Below, piece by piece: positions 44,147 to 58,048 of a DNA stretch of 64,000 nt; the first letter of the stretch is position 1, and every line of letters begins with the position of its first letter. The notes under the pieces were generated by a model. The model made no database searches and had not been told where the DNA came from. It worked only from the letters and a program-made list of their open reading frames with translations. The DNA lies in NCBI GenBank assembly GCA_964016885.1, contig OZ024755.1, forward strand, positions 17,546,001 through 17,610,000, given 5' to 3'. Made by a program: the position numbers and the translations under genes. The DNA is from Eledone cirrhosa (taxonomy: Eukaryota).

Positions 44147-44148
<2 letters not shown>
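44001..44148 (-). mobile_element. Second RTE family, short 3' end
   Basis: MVRADVRSLKLTVKMTKDRDNCRDAMMNRTHPTLASREKRT* followed by (tga)n; second copy at 45560-45737 (+). Confidence 0.7.
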
Positions 44149-44185
<37 letters not shown>

Positions 44186-44190
<5 letters not shown>

Positions 44191-44394
44191 GATGGTCAGC
44201 TGGAACATTCATAGGCTGACCAACATACTCTCATGGAATAACCAAATGAGGTTTATTTTTTCAACACAGTCCCTGGAAAGAAACAGTGCAGTTATTAATA
44301 AATAAAAAGAGTTAAAATTAATGCATGCAAGATTTCTCAGCTCTAGCATCACTCTTTTATAATCAGACTATGAAATTTTCAGTTGACCCTTGTA
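44186..44394. mobile_element. Mariner-type MITE
   Basis: Degenerate TIRs acgatggtcagctggaacattcata / tatgaaattttcagttgacccttgta. Confidence 0.55.
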
Positions 44395-44449
44395 CGATAA
44401 GTAAGAAAGCATGAATAGGTATTCACTGGATTACAAAGTTTTTTAAGCA

Positions 44450-44770
44450 AATATACAAGAGCTGCACATCGGGCCGAGGAGGTTTGCGGTCGTACCCCTG
44501 GCAGTGGAGACTTCTGGTGTCCTCGGCCCCAGGGCTACCTCCTTACTCACCACCATAGGCGCTGAGCTGGCCAGCCGCAGGTGTGAGCCTCACAAGTTGG
44601 AGTGGCTTTTCCAGCGTGTCTCCCTTGCCGTCCTCCGGGGAAACGCCTTCTCCATTCTGTCCGCCGGGGCTGTGGGTGGGCCCCATCGCATATCTTTTTT
44701 GTAAATATGACAACACTCTATCCAACTAACAACGTATTATCTTCGCTATTTCAACAATGAATAAACTTGA
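44450..44770 (+). mobile_element. CRE-clade non-LTR retrotransposon 3' fragment (restriction-like endonuclease C-terminus)
   Basis: GC-rich island encoding VPLAVETSGVLG...WLFQRVSLAVLRGNA, the CRE/CZAR terminal motif; AATAAA near the end. Confidence 0.75.
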
Positions 44771-44905
44771 AGATACAAGAGTGTTTTCCCTTGTGTGGCT
44801 GTAAAAGACTTTGCCTGATTATCCTGATTGTATAAATCTACATTCTGAACTTCCAGTAACTATTTTAATAGGTCATTCATCTTATCTTTGCACACACCAA
44901 AAAAT

Positions 44906-44936
<31 letters not shown>

Positions 44937-45316
44937 ATATATATATAACCCGAGAGACAGTTTTTATTTCAGTATTTTTTCTTATTCTTATTCTTACAAA
45001 ACTATTTATACTCCAATGAACTTATTCACCCTCTTTCCTTATCACATTTGAACTGAAAGCCAAGAATAGTTTAAGAAAATAATTCTATTTAAGATCAGTC
45101 TCTTATACTACCTCCTACCCCGCTTCTACTTCCACTATGGTTCCTCACTATTTGATAAAATATGCGATGGTACTGTTACAAGTTTTTCCAGGACTATTTT
45201 TGGATTATTCAACAGATGAAACAGTAGTGAAATAATATTGTATTTGCTCATCTTTATTATTTATTTGATTACACACACACACACATACACACATACACAC
45301 TCATTAGTCTGTGTAA

Positions 45317-45359
<43 letters not shown>

Positions 45360-45362
<3 letters not shown>

Positions 45363-45537
45363 ATAATAATAAATTTGAAGACTAAAATCCAAAGAGGGCT
45401 CGATAAGGATAAATATATATTAAATATATAAGAACCGTAGAGCAAATATTTATTAAAATAACAGTTTCAGAAGATCCCGTTAAGGGTGAAAGCAGCAATT
45501 CTTTGCTTAAACTTTAATCTGTTATTTTAATAAATAT
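45360..45537 (-). mobile_element. Family E copy
   Basis: Tail on -, variant HHR on + at 45463-45513; (TA)n on both sides. Confidence 0.72.
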
Positions 45538-46029
45538 ATATATATATATACACACAGTAGAAGATGCAGTAATTAGATGAAGACTGCGAAAATCATGGGC
45601 GGAGCTGACCTCAGATCACTGAAGCTCACAGAGGAAATGACAAAGGACCGTGACGAATGGTGAGATGCTGTGCTGAAAAGGACCCATCCCACCCTTGCAA
45701 GCAAGGAAAAGCAGACGTATGATGATGATGATGATGATATGTGTGTGTATGTGTGTGAAAGGCGGTGAATTAGTAGTCTTTAGACCATCGGCTAGAATGC
45801 TTTGTTGTATTTGTTTCAGCTCTCTGCACTTTGAGAACAAATCTACCATTCGAGGTCGATAAAAAGCCTGCAGTCACAGTCACTCACTCTATATTTACAG
45901 ATATAACTTGATTTATACATAAAATATAAAAAGATACAGAAGCGAAAATCAACCCAAACTAAAGAGTGAGTGTGTTCTGTTATTATTTCTGGCAATATTA
46001 TAACAATATGACCCTCCCCAAGTATAACA

Positions 46030-46060
<31 letters not shown>

Positions 46061-46061
46061 C

Positions 46062-46259
46062 GTTATTCCGGGTTGAATCGGAGGTAACCACAGTAAGTAA
46101 GGTACTCAATACATAGCAGAGTATAAAAGTTTTAATATAGATGAGATTCTACAGGACTAGAACTGTTTCATTCATTAGAAATCATCAGGAATCTTTAATA
46201 TAGATGAGATTCCTGATGATTTCTAATGAATGAAACACTTCTAGTCCTGTAGAATCTCA

Positions 46260-46265
<6 letters not shown>
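46062..46265 (-). mobile_element. Hammerhead fold-back element family C with two opposed ribozymes
   Basis: Near-identical to the 20741 copy on -. HHR on - at about 46145-46194 and inverted HHR on + at about 46207-46257. Confidence 0.85.
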
Positions 46266-46307
<42 letters not shown>

Positions 46308-46308
<1 letters not shown>

Positions 46309-46592
46309 AGGGGGTGTAACTTGGAGTTACTGCAGGTTCACCCGGGAGAGCACTCGATGTTTAGGTTCACGTCTGTGATGAGGTGTAGAGCTATACAGAG
46401 TGTAATATATTGAAAGGATAACAAGGACGATTGATTACTCCTTCATTGCATTTTAAAGGGTCCGTCGAGCCGCCGATTATTGAATCGGGTAGGATCGATA
46501 TAGATCGAACCTTGAGCTGATCAGTGGTGAAACACGTGTCACCTACCAATAAATGTAATGGAGGAGTAACCAATCTTGTTATCTTTTCAATA
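46308..46592 (-). mobile_element. Fold-back element family I (hammerhead 3' half)
   Basis: Imperfect inverted arms about 46406-46452/46551-46592; GAAA-cacgtg-TC on +; tail on - acactc...tcgagtgc; between (TA)n. Confidence 0.6.
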
Positions 46593-46604
46593 TATATATA
46601 TATT

Positions 46605-46800
46605 ATTAAGGCTAAATAGTGAGTCTTGTTACTCTGGAGTTTCGCCTGTTTATCACAGGGTCATCAGACAAGATGACCCTGTGTTAAACAGACAAAACTC
46701 CAGAGTAACAAGACTCACTATTTAGCCTTAATAAAATGAATATTAAAACTCTACTTCGGTATTGAATAAACTATTCTCTCAGCCATTAACCGCATATGGA
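46605..46800 (+). mobile_element. Hammerhead fold-back element family G
   Basis: Minus-strand HHR tcttgt-CTGATGA-ccctgtgataaacaggc-GAAA-ctccagag-TA-acaaga (46624-46673), inverted arm and tail aaactc...ttgaat; fragment at 36498-36551. Confidence 0.8.
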
Positions 46801-46887
46801 TATATACATATATATATATATGTGTGTATGTGATGTATGTGTGTTTATGTATAATATATATATAATATGTATGTATTATGATGTATT

Positions 46888-47070
46888 ATGGCAGTATCGG
46901 TAAAGGGTCGGACGCCATGCTTTGACGTATAGAGTTACAGCCCTTGCCATTCTGAGTTCAAATCCCGCCGAGGTTAACTTTGCCTTTTCATCCTTACGGG
47001 GTCGATAAAATAAAGTACCAGTAATACACTGGGTATTTGCTGGCCTTGTGCCAAAAGTAGAAACAATTAT
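46888..47070 (+). mobile_element. SINE family 1
   Basis: Near full-length. Confidence 0.85.
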
Positions 47071-47413
47071 ATATATATATACACACACACATATACACAC
47101 ACAGAGACAGACTCGCACATATACATATTCATTTTGTCTGCTTTATATCCGAATGCAGCAATTAGTGTTTTGCAAGCTCAGCTTTTCTCCTTCTTTTATT
47201 GTATAATACAAGCTAAGTGAAAAAGTATATAGAAATTTACTAAGCTACTTTGAAACAAATATTTCTATAAGTCACTATTCAGAAAATAGGCAATTTCCCT
47301 GCAAATAAGCTACAACTTTTCAAATACCATATGTTTTAATATAATTTACTGTAAGCTTGTAATTTAGTATAAGGAGAAAGAACTAAAGAATGCAACAGGC
47401 AGAAATTGGATAT

Positions 47414-47453
<40 letters not shown>

Positions 47454-47558
47454 ATTTAGCATCTTGCTAACCCATATATATTGCATGTAGGTAAATATAC
47501 CACGATGGAAATAAATAAACAAAGGATATTGATTCAAGTCTCATCAAATACTTAAATT

Positions 47559-48703
<1,145 letters not shown>

Positions 48704-48741
48704 ATATATATATTATATATTATATTATATTATATATATAT

Positions 48742-48777
<36 letters not shown>

Positions 48778-49004
48778 ATATATAATATATGTATATGTAT
48801 ATATAATATATATATATGTGATTATATTATTGTATATATATTCTTTGAACATTAAGAATTCATGCATTACTCCATTGTTTGCACACACACACACACACAG
48901 GTACTCACACACACACACACATAAGCACAGGTACTCACACACACACATACACACACACACACACACTCGCATATATCTGTATTATTCATGGTGTCATTAT
49001 TACG

Positions 49005-49187
49005 GTGTGGATTGGCAGTATCGGTGGAGGGTCGGACGCCATGCTTTCAAGCATAGTTACGTCCCTTTACGATCTGAGTTCAAATCCCGCCGAGGTTGAC
49101 TTTGCCTTTCATCCTTACGGGGTCGATAAAATAAAGTACCATTAATGCACTGGGTAATTGCTGGCCTTGTGCCTAATGTAGAAACAG
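49005..49187 (+). mobile_element. SINE family 1
   Basis: Full-length. Confidence 0.85.
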
Positions 49188-49335
49188 GTGTCACTATTAC
49201 CTAACTTCTTGTGTTCATTCTGAGGAGAAATTTATTAAATACTCTATCATAGAGTGATTTCAAAGATCGAGGCTAGTCTGCTACTTGCAGCTGCAACTTC
49301 AATTATACTCATTACTATTATATATATATATATAC

Positions 49336-50074
49336 TGGAGAGGAACGAAGCTTGCATGCTCCGTTGGAGGTGTAATAGCAATATACGCGAACGGCAAAGC
49401 ATAAATGAACTAAGTGAGAAATTAGGAATAAGAGGAATCAGATGTTGTTTACTCGAGAGAAGACTACGTTGGTATGGTCACGTGATGCGCATGAAAGACG
49501 ACAGCTGTATAAAAAAGTGCAGGGCGATAAAAATAGACGGGAGCTACGGAGTAGCCAGACCCAGAAAAACCTGGGACGACTTGGTAAAATCTGACCTCAC
49601 GCACTTACACCTCTCCAAGACAATGTCACTGGACCGAGATCTTTGGCGCTACGTAGTAATACAGAAGACCCGCCTTGCCTGAGTACAAAGCGAAACCTAC
49701 AGTCAGTAGGCACCTCTTAACCAAAATACACCCCCGTCCCACTACCCCTACCCCCACTGCCATCTACACTGCCATCTACCCCTTTCGATGTAAAGCTATG
49801 TTGGTACCACAACATCCAGTCCTAAATAAATGAGGTCGTGTAGGTGTCACAACAAAAAAAAAACACACAGTCCACGCTGAAATGTGGCCGTGTAGATAAC
49901 ACAGTAAAAACCTCCGAGTCTACACTGTAAACGTGGTTGGTGTTAGGAAGAGCATCCAGCCGTAGAAAACCCGCCAGACAGTCCTGAGCAAGACAACTAA
50001 TCTTGCCTCAAGTGGGACAATTCCCGTCCAGACCCATGCTAGCGTGGAAGATGGACGTTAAACTATGATGATGA
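49336..50074 (+). mobile_element. 5'-truncated RTE-clade LINE, sister subfamily
   Basis: LERNEACMLRW...RRLRWYGHVMRM...RPRKTW; homologous 3' UTR, (gat)n tail. Confidence 0.9.
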
Positions 50075-50740
50075 TACAGGGTGCGAGCGATATTTGTTCG
50101 CAAGATTACTGTCTAGGAAAAAATAACACAGTAGTTTTATTTTTTGAGACATATTTATCAAACTTGGGTCAGTTTGTCTTCATGACTTGTTCTTTCGATC
50201 TCACTCGATAAACCCGCCATTGGCTTTGATGATGGCCTCAAGGCGGTTCTCGGAACCAGCTACAGGCCTTCGTCACTGTCCCCCGACTTAGGCCCCTAAA
50301 GGCACTTGTGATCCTGGCCTTCAGATTGTCTTTAGTATTGCAGCTAGATCTGTTGGTGTCTCGTTCCACTGTGCCCCACACAAAGAAGTCGAGGGGGTTG
50401 CAGTCAGGCGAGCTGGGAGGCCAGATGTCAAGTGAAGTGTGGTCGACGAAGTTCTCTGACAGCCAGGCTTGGGTCTTTCAGCTGGTATGGCAGGGCGCTG
50501 AGTCTTGCTGCCACACGAACGGCCTACCTGCAGCTACCTGGTCGATCCAGGGCTTTACTACCTCGCTCAGAACGCGGATGTAGCTATCGGTGTTCAGCTT
50601 GAGGCCCTCAGGGAAGAAGTGAGGTGGCATGACGGCACCTTAACTGCTGACAACACCTAAGACCAATGTTGTCACTGGAAACTTTGTCTGCATGACTCTG
50701 GGAACGTCTTTGGATGAGACAGCGAGCCACCTGTTGTTCT
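50075..50740 (-). mobile_element. Tc1/mariner maT (DD37D) transposon remnant
   Basis: TA+CAGGGTG terminus. Minus frame FVWQQDSAPCHTS*KTQAWL...WPPSSPDCNPLDFFVWG has 37 residues between the two Asp; internal stop. Confidence 0.85.
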
Positions 50741-50910
50741 AGGAGCCCCTACATGGACACACTGGAAGAGGAAGACCAAGGTTAACGTATGTTGATGCCC
50801 TAAGGACAGACACTGGTCTGTTGGAGACGCAGGACATGGCAGCGATAATGAGGGACAGAGACCGCTGGAGAGAACTCATCCATGGATCTCGGGAATTTTA
50901 CCCGCCCTAG
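50741..50910 (+). mobile_element. LINE (RTE-like) C-terminal fragment
   Basis: EPLHGHTGRGRPRLTYVDALRTDTGL...MRDRDRWR*. Confidence 0.72.
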
Positions 50911-50919
50911 ATATATATA

Positions 50920-51330
50920 ATCATCATCATCATCAGCTATATTCCTCGCTAGCGTGGGTTAGACGGGAATTGTCCCACTTGCGACAAGATTGATCAGGTG
51001 GCCATGTCTCAGTCGTATAGGACTATCTGGCAGGTTTTCTTTGGCTGGATGCCCTTCCTAACTCCAACCACATTTACAGTGTGAACTGGAAGCCTTTTTA
51101 CCATGTTCCCTACACGACCACTTTACAATGTGGACTAGGTGCTTTTTGTCCTGACACCTACACAACCTCTTTAGTTTGGACTGGATGTTCTGTGGTACCA
51201 ACATAACTTTACAGAGAAAGGGTGGTGTGGGTGGAAGGATGGAGTGGGGTAGTTGGTTGGGGTGTATATTTGGTTAAGGGGTGCCTACTGACTGTAGGTT
51301 TAACTTTGTATGTAAGGGAAGGCGGGCCTT
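50920..51330 (-). mobile_element. Older RTE LINE 3' UTR copy
   Basis: Diverged homology to the RTE 3' UTR; (cat)n at left. Confidence 0.75.
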
Positions 51331-51354
51331 ATATATATATATATATATATATAT

Positions 51355-51500
51355 AGGAAAAGTTTGACCTTGACAGCAGAGCTCAAGCCGTTTCGACGGC
51401 TATTTCTGGACTAAAAAATCATATATATATATATATTTACTTAGTATGAATGGTCGCAAGAATAAGTACTCAATACCATAGTAGAAATTGATATCCTATT
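51355..51500 (-). mobile_element. Family D arm fragment plus a tail fragment (aagtactcaatac)
   Basis: gagctcaagccgtttcgacggctatttctggac matches the 4499/39906 arm. Confidence 0.6.
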
Positions 51501-53895
51501 TATTAAATCCAAATCACCTGAAGCTGCAATAGAAGATATTTGGTCAAGCTACTGAGGTAGTGAGATAGGACATGTAAACATGTGGTTTTGAAGTAAACGT
51601 TTTCACCATGTTGCTTCCACCTGACCAGGCTGCAATAGAAGAAACTTGGCCAAGCTACTTAGGCAGCTGGACTGAACATGGTAACATGTAATTTTAAAGT
51701 AAATTCTTCACCATGTAACTTTCAACCAATGCTGCTATAGAAGACACCTGATTGAGCCTCATAGTCAGCGAGATAGAACATGGAACAAAGAAAACATTCT
51801 TCACCATGTAGCTTCCAACTGAGGCTGTTATAGAAGAAACCTGAGAGAGCCTCATATTCTATGAGATGGAACATGGAACACATGTGGTTTCAAAATAAAC
51901 TTCTTCACCATGTAGCTTTCACTTAAAGCTGCAATAGAAGACACCTGCCCAATCTACATAATCAGTGAGATAGAACATGGAAACATGTGGTTACAAATTA
52001 AACTTCTTCACCATGTAGCTTCCAACCAATGCTGCTATAGAAAACACCTGGCTGAGCCTCTTAGTCAGTGAGATAGAACATGGAACAGTGAGAGGGAACA
52101 TAGAAATGTGGTTACAAATTAAACTTCTCTTCACCATGTAGCTTCCCTCTAAAGCTCCAATAGAAGACATGTGGCCAAGCTACATAGGTAGTGAGATGGA
52201 ACATGGAACACATGCTGACAAATTAAACTTCTTCACCATGTAACTTCCACCTGAAGCTGCAAAAGAAGACACCCGACCGAACCTCATATTCAGTGAGATG
52301 GAACATGGAAACATGTGGTTTTAAAGTAAATGTTCTTCACCATGTAACTTCCACCTGAAGCTGCAAAAGAAGACACCCGACTGAACCTCATATTCAGTGA
52401 GATGGAACATGGAAACATGTGGTTTTAAAGTAAATGTTCTTCACCATGTAACTTCCACCTGAAGCTGCAATAGAAGACACCTGGCTGAGCCTCATAGTCA
52501 GTGAGATGGAACATGGAAACATGTGGTTTTAAAGTAAACTTCTTCACCATGTGGCTTTCACCTGAAACTGATATAGAAGACACCTGGCCAAGCTACATAG
52601 TCAGTGAGATAGAACATGGAACACATGTGGTTACAAATCAAACTTCTACACCATGTAGCTTCCAACCAAAGCTGCAATAGAAGACACCTGACCAATCTAC
52701 ATAGGTAGTGAGATGGAACATGGAGCACATGTGCTTACAAATCAAACTTCTACACCAGGTAACTTCCACCTGAAGCTGATATAGAAGACACCTGACCAAT
52801 CTACATAGGTAGTGAGATGGACCAGGAGCACATGTGCTTACAAATCAAACTTCTACACCAGGTAACTTCCACCTGAAGCTACTATAGAAAACACCTGGCC
52901 ATGCTACATAGGTAGTGAGATGGAACATGGAGCACATGTGCTTACAAATCAAACTTCTACACCAGGTAACTTCCACCTGAAGCTACTATAGAAAACACCT
53001 GGCCATGCTACATAGGCAGTGAGATGGAACATGGAGCACATGTGCTTACAAATCAAACTTCTACACCAGGTAACTTCCACCTGAAGCTGATATAGAAGAC
53101 ACCTGACCAATCTACATAGGTAGTGAGATGGACCAGGAGCACATGTGCTTACAAATCAAACTTCTACACCAGGTAACTTCCAACTGAAGCTACTATAGAA
53201 AACACCTGGCCATGCTACATAGGTAGTGAGATGGAACATGGAGCACATGTGCTTACAAATCAAACTTCTACACCAGGTAACTTCCACCTGAAGCTACTAT
53301 AGAAAACACCTGGCCATGCTACATAGGCAGTGAGATGGAACATGGAGCACATGTGCTTACAAATCAAACTTCTACACCAGGTAACTTCCACCTGAAGCTG
53401 ATATAGAAGACACCTGACCAATCTACATAGGCAGTGAGATGGAACATGGAGCACATGTGCTTACAAATCAAACTTCTACACCAGGTAACTTCCACCTGAA
53501 GCTACTATAGAAAACACCTGGCCATGCTACATAGGTAGTGAGATGGAACATGGAGCACATGTGCTTACAAATCAAACTTCTACACCAGGTAACTTCCACC
53601 TGAAGCTGATAGAGAAGACACCTGACCAATCTACATAGGTAGTGAGATGGAACATGGAGCACATGTGCTTACAAATCAAACTTCTACACCAGGTAACTTC
53701 CACCTGAAGCTGATAGAGAAGACACCTGACCAATCTACATAGGTAGTGAGATGGAACATGGAGCACATGTGCTTACAAATCAAACTTCTACACCAGGTAA
53801 CTTCCACCTGAAGCTACTATAGAAAACACCTGGCCATGCTACATAGGTAGTGAGATGGAATATGGCAACAGGGTTACAAATTAAACTTCTTCATC
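51500..53895. repeat. Tandem satellite, about 104-bp unit, about 23 copies
   Basis: ggtaacttccacc recurs at 52758, 52861, 52965, 53069, 53172, 53276, 53380, 53484, 53588, 53692, 53796; progressively degenerate leftwards. Confidence 0.92.
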
Positions 53896-54264
53896 ATTTA
53901 ATTATGTCCATTTTAATGTAAAATTTAATTTAGTTTTGCTTTGTTTAAATATACATGTATTCATCATGACAAACAGATTCAATTTAGAAACGAAAAATGT
54001 ATTAGAAATCTTTACAGGAAAAGCAAACCTACTATCAACAACGACAACAACAACAAAACAACACCTAATATAACCATTAATACATAGCATCCTTGTCACG
54101 CTAGGTAATTTATTACCTGTCTTTTAAAGGTCATTAATGCAGGTAAAACTTTTTTAAACTTTCCCCAAAACAGCATGATTCTCTTTAGATATATTCCTCT
54201 CACCATTTCAATATCACAGAATTCTATAAAGTGTTATTGATTTAATTCTTCCAAATTTGTACTT

Positions 54265-55336
54265 TTTGTTGTTTGTTGTTGTTGATGATGATTTTGGTGG
54301 TGTTATTGTTGTTGATAGTGTTGTTGTTGTTGTTGTTACTTCTTGTTATTGTTGTTTCTCTTGTTGATGTTGTTGCTGCTGCTGTTGTTGTTGTTGTTGC
54401 TTCTGTTACTGCTGTTGTTGTTGTTGATTTTGGTGTTGCTATTGTTGTTGTTGTTGATGCTGCTGTTGTTGATGCTATTTCTTGTTATTGATGCTGTTGA
54501 TGTTACTGTTGCTGCTGTTACTGCTGCTGTAGTTGTTGTTGTTTCTATTGTGACTTGTTGTTGTTGTTGTTGTTGTAGTTGCTGTTGTTCTTGTTCTTGT
54601 TGTTATTAGTGTTGTTTGTGTTGTTGTCACTGATGGTGGTGGTGTTATTACTTTCAATGATGGTGCTGTTGTTGTCGGTGATGGTGTTGTTGTTGTCGGT
54701 GGTGGTGTTGTTGTTGTCGGTGGTGATGGTGTTGTTGTTGGTTGTGGTGATGGTGTTGTTGTTGTTGGTGGTGGTGATGGTGTTGTTGTTGGTGATGGTG
54801 TTGTTGTTGGTGGTGGTGATGGTGTTGCTGTTATTATTGTCAGTGATGGTGTTGTTGTTGGTGGTGATGGTGTTGTTGTTGGTGATGGTGATGGTGTTGT
54901 TGTTGGTGGTGATGGTGTTGTTGTTGGTGATGGTGATGGTGTTGTTGTTGGTGGTGATGGTGTTGTTGTTGGTGATGGTGATGGTGTTGTTGTTGGTGGT
55001 GATGGTGTTGTTGTTGATTCTGTTGGTGTTGTTGTTGTTGCTTCTGCTATTGTTGTCAGTAATGGTGGTGGTGGTGGTGTTGTTGTCAGTGCGCATGCTG
55101 TTGTTGTTGTTGTTGTTGTTGTCTTGTATTTTAGTTCATTTATTTTGATTTCTAAATGAAATTTTGTAAGTAACAAATATTTGCATTAAGAGAAACCTCA
55201 AGTCATAATTGAAGAAAACATTTGACTCACACACACACACACACATACACACACACACACACTCACACACACACACACTCACACACACACTCACACACAC
55301 ACTCACACACACACACACATGATTTACTTCATGTTA

Positions 55337-55372
<36 letters not shown>

Positions 55373-55650
55373 TTGTCATAGATACTGTAATTGCTATTTG
55401 GTTTGCAATTGTTTTTCCAAATTAAACAAACGTTGATAACAACACCAACTACAATAACAACAACAACAACAACAACAGTAACAATAACAACAACAACAGT
55501 AACAACAACAACAACAACAACAATAACAACAACAACAGTAACAACAACAACAGTAACAACAACAACAACAACAACAACAACAGTAACAATAATAACAACA
55601 ACAACAGTAACAATAACAACAACAAATGTAACGATAACAATAATAATTAT
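54265..55650. repeat. (GTT/GAT/GGT)n block, (CA)n and (AAC)n block
   Basis: Direct reading. Confidence 0.9.
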
Positions 55651-55837
55651 AGTGCACTTGGTAGCACTGTGATAGATTCAGATGAAACTACTCAAAACAC
55701 AATAATAATAATAATAAGAAGAAGAAGAAGAAGAAGATGAAAAAGGTGGTGGTGGTGGTGGTGGTGGTGGTGTTATGTGTTTGGCATAGCTGTTATTTTA
55801 AAAATCATATATATATATATATTATGACAATATATAG

Positions 55838-56018
55838 ATAATTGTTTCTATTTTTGGCACAAGGCCAGCAATTACCCAGTGTATTACTGGTACTTTATTT
55901 TATCGACCCCGTAAGGATGAAAGGCAAAGTCAACCTCGGCGGGATTTGAACTCAGATCATTAAGGGACGTAACTATGCTGGAAAGCATGGCGTCCAACCC
56001 TCTACCGATACTGCCAAC
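55838..56018 (-). mobile_element. SINE family 1
   Basis: Near full-length, flanked by direct repeat caatatatagataat. Confidence 0.85.
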
Positions 56019-56031
56019 AATATATAGATAA

Positions 56032-56180
<149 letters not shown>

Positions 56181-56199
56181 ATATATATACACACAATAT

Positions 56200-56391
56200 A
56201 TTAATAAATGTAAATGGAAACTATATTTATAAAACCATATTTATTTTATTATATATATATTTCAAGGGCAACCAAGGCAAATTATGGTGCGCTTTCATCA
56301 GATAAAATACAGATTTGTTTTATAAATAAATATTGACATACCCGGAAAAAAGACAGCCTTAACGGTTGGAGCTTCCTGGATAGTTAACCTC

Positions 56392-56395
<4 letters not shown>
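56200..56395 (-). mobile_element. Family B subfamily element with hammerhead
   Basis: Minus strand ttttat-CTGATGA-aagcgcacca...tggttgccctt-GAAA-tatatata-TA-ataaaat; in (TA)n. Confidence 0.7.
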
Positions 56396-56471
<76 letters not shown>

Positions 56472-56496
56472 CGACAATATATATATATAATGATGA

Positions 56497-56531
<35 letters not shown>

Positions 56532-56553
56532 GACAATATATATATAATGATGA

Positions 56554-56603
<50 letters not shown>

Positions 56604-56630
56604 GACAATATATATATATAATAATGATGA

Positions 56631-56671
<41 letters not shown>

Positions 56672-56697
56672 GACAATATATATATATAATGATGATG

Positions 56698-56747
<50 letters not shown>

Positions 56748-56796
56748 ATCAATCATCATCATCACTGTTTAACATCCATTTTTCCATGCTAGGAAA

Positions 56797-56828
<32 letters not shown>

Positions 56829-57264
56829 GCGAGAGAGAGAGAGAGAGAGGGGTGGGGTTAGAGACAGACAAAGAAAGAAATATTTGTAAGAGAACAACTA
56901 TATTCTATATTCATAAGTATAAAATAATTAAATATATATTGTTTACAGTAAATAAATAAATATATATTGTTTACAGTAAATAAATAAATATCTATGAGGC
57001 AAATGATTGATTGAAAGTGAAATATCAAAAATATCAATTTCTTATGCAAAACAAGCTGTCACACATTTCGTGGAAGGTCGCAGTTGACAAAATATACTTT
57101 AGTACTACACTGGCATTAGTTTTGTCGCTTCTTTGAAGAAGAAAAAGGGAATTTTGCCCTGAGAAGGGTTTGAACTCAGAATGTAAAGAGTGGTACCAAA
57201 ATAATTCAAAGAATTTTGTTTGTAACTCTTTCGGTTCTGTTAATATATTTTTAATGACACAATG

Positions 57265-57907
57265 CCTTTCTTCTTCTTCTTGTTCGTCTTCTTCTTCTTC
57301 TTCTTCTTCTTCTTGTTCGTCTTCTTCTTCTTCGTCTTCTTCGTCTTCTTCGTCTTCTTCGTCTTCTTCGTCTTCTTCTTCTTCGTCTTCTTCGTCTTCT
57401 TCTTCTTCGTCTTCTTCGTCTTTTTCTTTTTCTTTTTCTTTTTCTTTTTCTTTTTCTTTTTCTTTTTCTTTTTCGTTTTCTTTTTTTTTTTCTTCGTCTT
57501 CGTCTTCGTCTTCTTAGTCTTCGTCTTCTTAGTCTTCGTCTTCTTAGTCTTCGTCGTCTTCTTCGTCTTCTTCGTCTTCTTCTTCTTCTTCTTCTTCTTC
57601 TTCTTGAGAGGGTCGTAGAAGCAGAGTCCTCAAACACTCCTTCCTTCCAGCAGGTCCTGTCAGAAGCAGCCATTTCCAACTGATCCGGCTGGATCCCCAA
57701 GCGAGACCAGCCAAGCTCATGGATTTTCTCCTACCATCTTGCTCGGGATCTATTCCAGGGTCTCCTACCAGTTGGTTTCGTCTGTAAAACATGTCCAGCT
57801 ATTCTTTCCTGAGACATTCTAACTACATGCCCATAGTATCGGAGCTGTGATCTCCCAATTCGGAGAAGTAGTGTCTCTACCCAGAGTGACTCTCTGATAT
57901 CCAAACT
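57265..57907 (-). mobile_element. RTE/Expander-like LINE 3' end with expanded (AAG/ACG)n tail
   Basis: Minus frame QLRYYGHVVRMSQER...TKPTGRRP...LGIQPDQLEMAASDRTCWK; about 340-bp trinucleotide tail; shorter copy at 59660-59875. Confidence 0.8.
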
Positions 57908-58048
57908 ATGCCCTTATGTGTACTACAGTGGCATTACCTTTGTCACTTCTTGGGAGAGGTAAAAAAACATTTTGCCCTCAGACGGATTTGAACCTGGTAT
58001 GCAAAGAGTAGCACCAAAAATAACTTGTTTGTAGCTCATCCAGATCTG

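Noticed and set aside
51500-53895. CRISPR-like appearance of the regular array
   Set aside because: The whole unit is repeated with no unique spacers, the context is eukaryotic and there are no cas genes; it is a satellite
54475-55176. Mucin-like TTPSP ORF on -
   Set aside because: All frames are open because of the trinucleotide repeat; no splice or unique coding context
57251-57700. Protamine-like poly-Arg ORF
   Set aside because: It is a LINE 3' end reading into its expanded (AAG)n tail
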